Assembly (NCBI RefSeq): GCF_018977255.1
Contig: NW_024704742.1
Coordinates: 99,636,001-99,700,000 of the forward strand
DNA from: Callorhinchus milii
Taxonomy: Eukaryota
DNA length: 64,000 nucleotides
Direction of reading: 5' to 3'
The notes under the pieces are model-generated. The model worked only from the letters and a program-made list of their open reading frames with translations, did no database searches and had not been told where the DNA came from. The position numbers and the translations under genes were made by a program. This document shows positions 63,048-64,000 of the stretch, in pieces (the stretch's first letter is position 1; the number at the start of each line of letters is the position of its first letter).

Positions 63048-63518
63048 CACGGTAACCAAAAAATCAGGAAACCATTTTTTTTAATAATAATTACTTTATT
63101 TCTTCTTCATTGTGATTAGCTCAGCCTGTAGCTCAGTGGTTAGAGCACTCGGGTTCTATTCCCGGCAAGGTGAAATGTTGGGCAAGTTGGGCAAGGAACC
63201 CCATTGTTAGTCAATTGGTGGATTGCTTTTCTGGGGATAATAATTCTTCAAACAAAAAAAAAGCAATGATAATACTTTGATCACTCAATCCACGACTGTT
63301 TGTGGGACACTGTTGTGCACAATTGGCTGCTGTGTTTTGCCAACAAATATACAGTGATTTCATTTTACAGTATATTCTGTGAAGCGCTTTGAGACGCCTA
63401 GAAGATGTGAAAAGCATGATATCAAATGCAATATTATTATATCACATTATTATTATCATTTCTTATAATAATAACTTATTAAACATTGTAATGGTATCAC
63501 AACTTTTTGGTCACCCTG
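63048..63518. mobile_element. Tc1/mariner-type MITE containing a SINE
   Basis: TA|CACGGTAACCAAAAA ... TTTTTGGTCACCCTG|TA inverted termini. Confidence 0.7.
63123..63440 (+). mobile_element. tRNA-Ala SINE, long subfamily, with internal deletions
   Basis: CCTGTAGCTCAGTGGTTAGAGCACTC head, GGAACCCCATTGTTAGTCAATTGG segment, and tail. Confidence 0.88.
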
Positions 63519-63826
63519 TATCTTATAATACATTATGTACATATATATATATAAAGATAAATGACAGCACCAGATCCTGGCTGTGGTTTTGGAGTGACAA
63601 GCTATGATAATGATGATCCTGGCGAACAATCCCCTAATACATTAGACAAAAGTTATTTGCTCCATGACTGTGTGCACAAATTTGCTTCTACATTTGCCCT
63701 ATTTTTGACCTTTCTAAATCTTTGTACCTAAGTTTCACATCAATCAAGAGCTTTACTATCTAAGCCATCAAGATAAATTGTTCCTTCAATATGGTAAATG
63801 GAAGGATTATTATTATTAAGGCATCA

Positions 63827-63883
63827 AGCACTCCAGGACGCTACCATGCGTGAAGGGACGCTATATAAATGCAAGTTGTTGTT
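63827..63883 (+). mobile_element. Isolated L2 3' tail
   Basis: GCACTCCAGGACGCTACCATGCGTGAAGGGACGCTATATAAATGCAAGTTGTTGTT. Confidence 0.75.
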
Positions 63884-64000
63884 CCATTCATTACAGTGAC
63901 CTGGCTGGCATCGGTGTCTCACAGTGTGGGTAAATATGGGTACATAAATGAACCAGATTGTCTCTCCGATGTGCCAGCTGGACTTTGCTTTAAACAGCTT

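Overview
Non-coding vertebrate genomic DNA (about 40% GC by eye, CpG-poor). I found no intact host protein-coding exon, no RNA gene and no CRISPR array. The repeat content points to a cartilaginous fish, possibly a holocephalan such as the elephant shark; this is inferred from repeat types only. The repeats include decayed L2 and CR1 LINE fragments and an older Deu-domain SINE. There is also a young tRNA-Ala(TGC)-headed SINE in two subfamilies with an L2-type tail, two further old repeat families, and small Tc1/mariner-type elements. The longer ORFs in the track are broken LINE reverse-transcriptase fragments, microsatellite translations or noise. Several 1-3 kb repeat-poor stretches carry homeodomain, Pbx-Hox and Meis motifs and may be conserved enhancers in a large intron or gene desert. 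I see no convincing new biological system. The most notable observations concern transposon architecture: a modular chimeric SINE whose 10 copies all lie on the + strand, multi-layer nested insertions, antisense L2-tail insertions inside one SINE tail, a mariner-type element keeping a transposase C-terminal remnant, an unclassified ~360-bp repeat in three copies, and a 25-bp minisatellite. Boundaries of degraded repeats are approximate (about +/-20-30 bp). Family names come from recalled consensus sequences, not from database searches.
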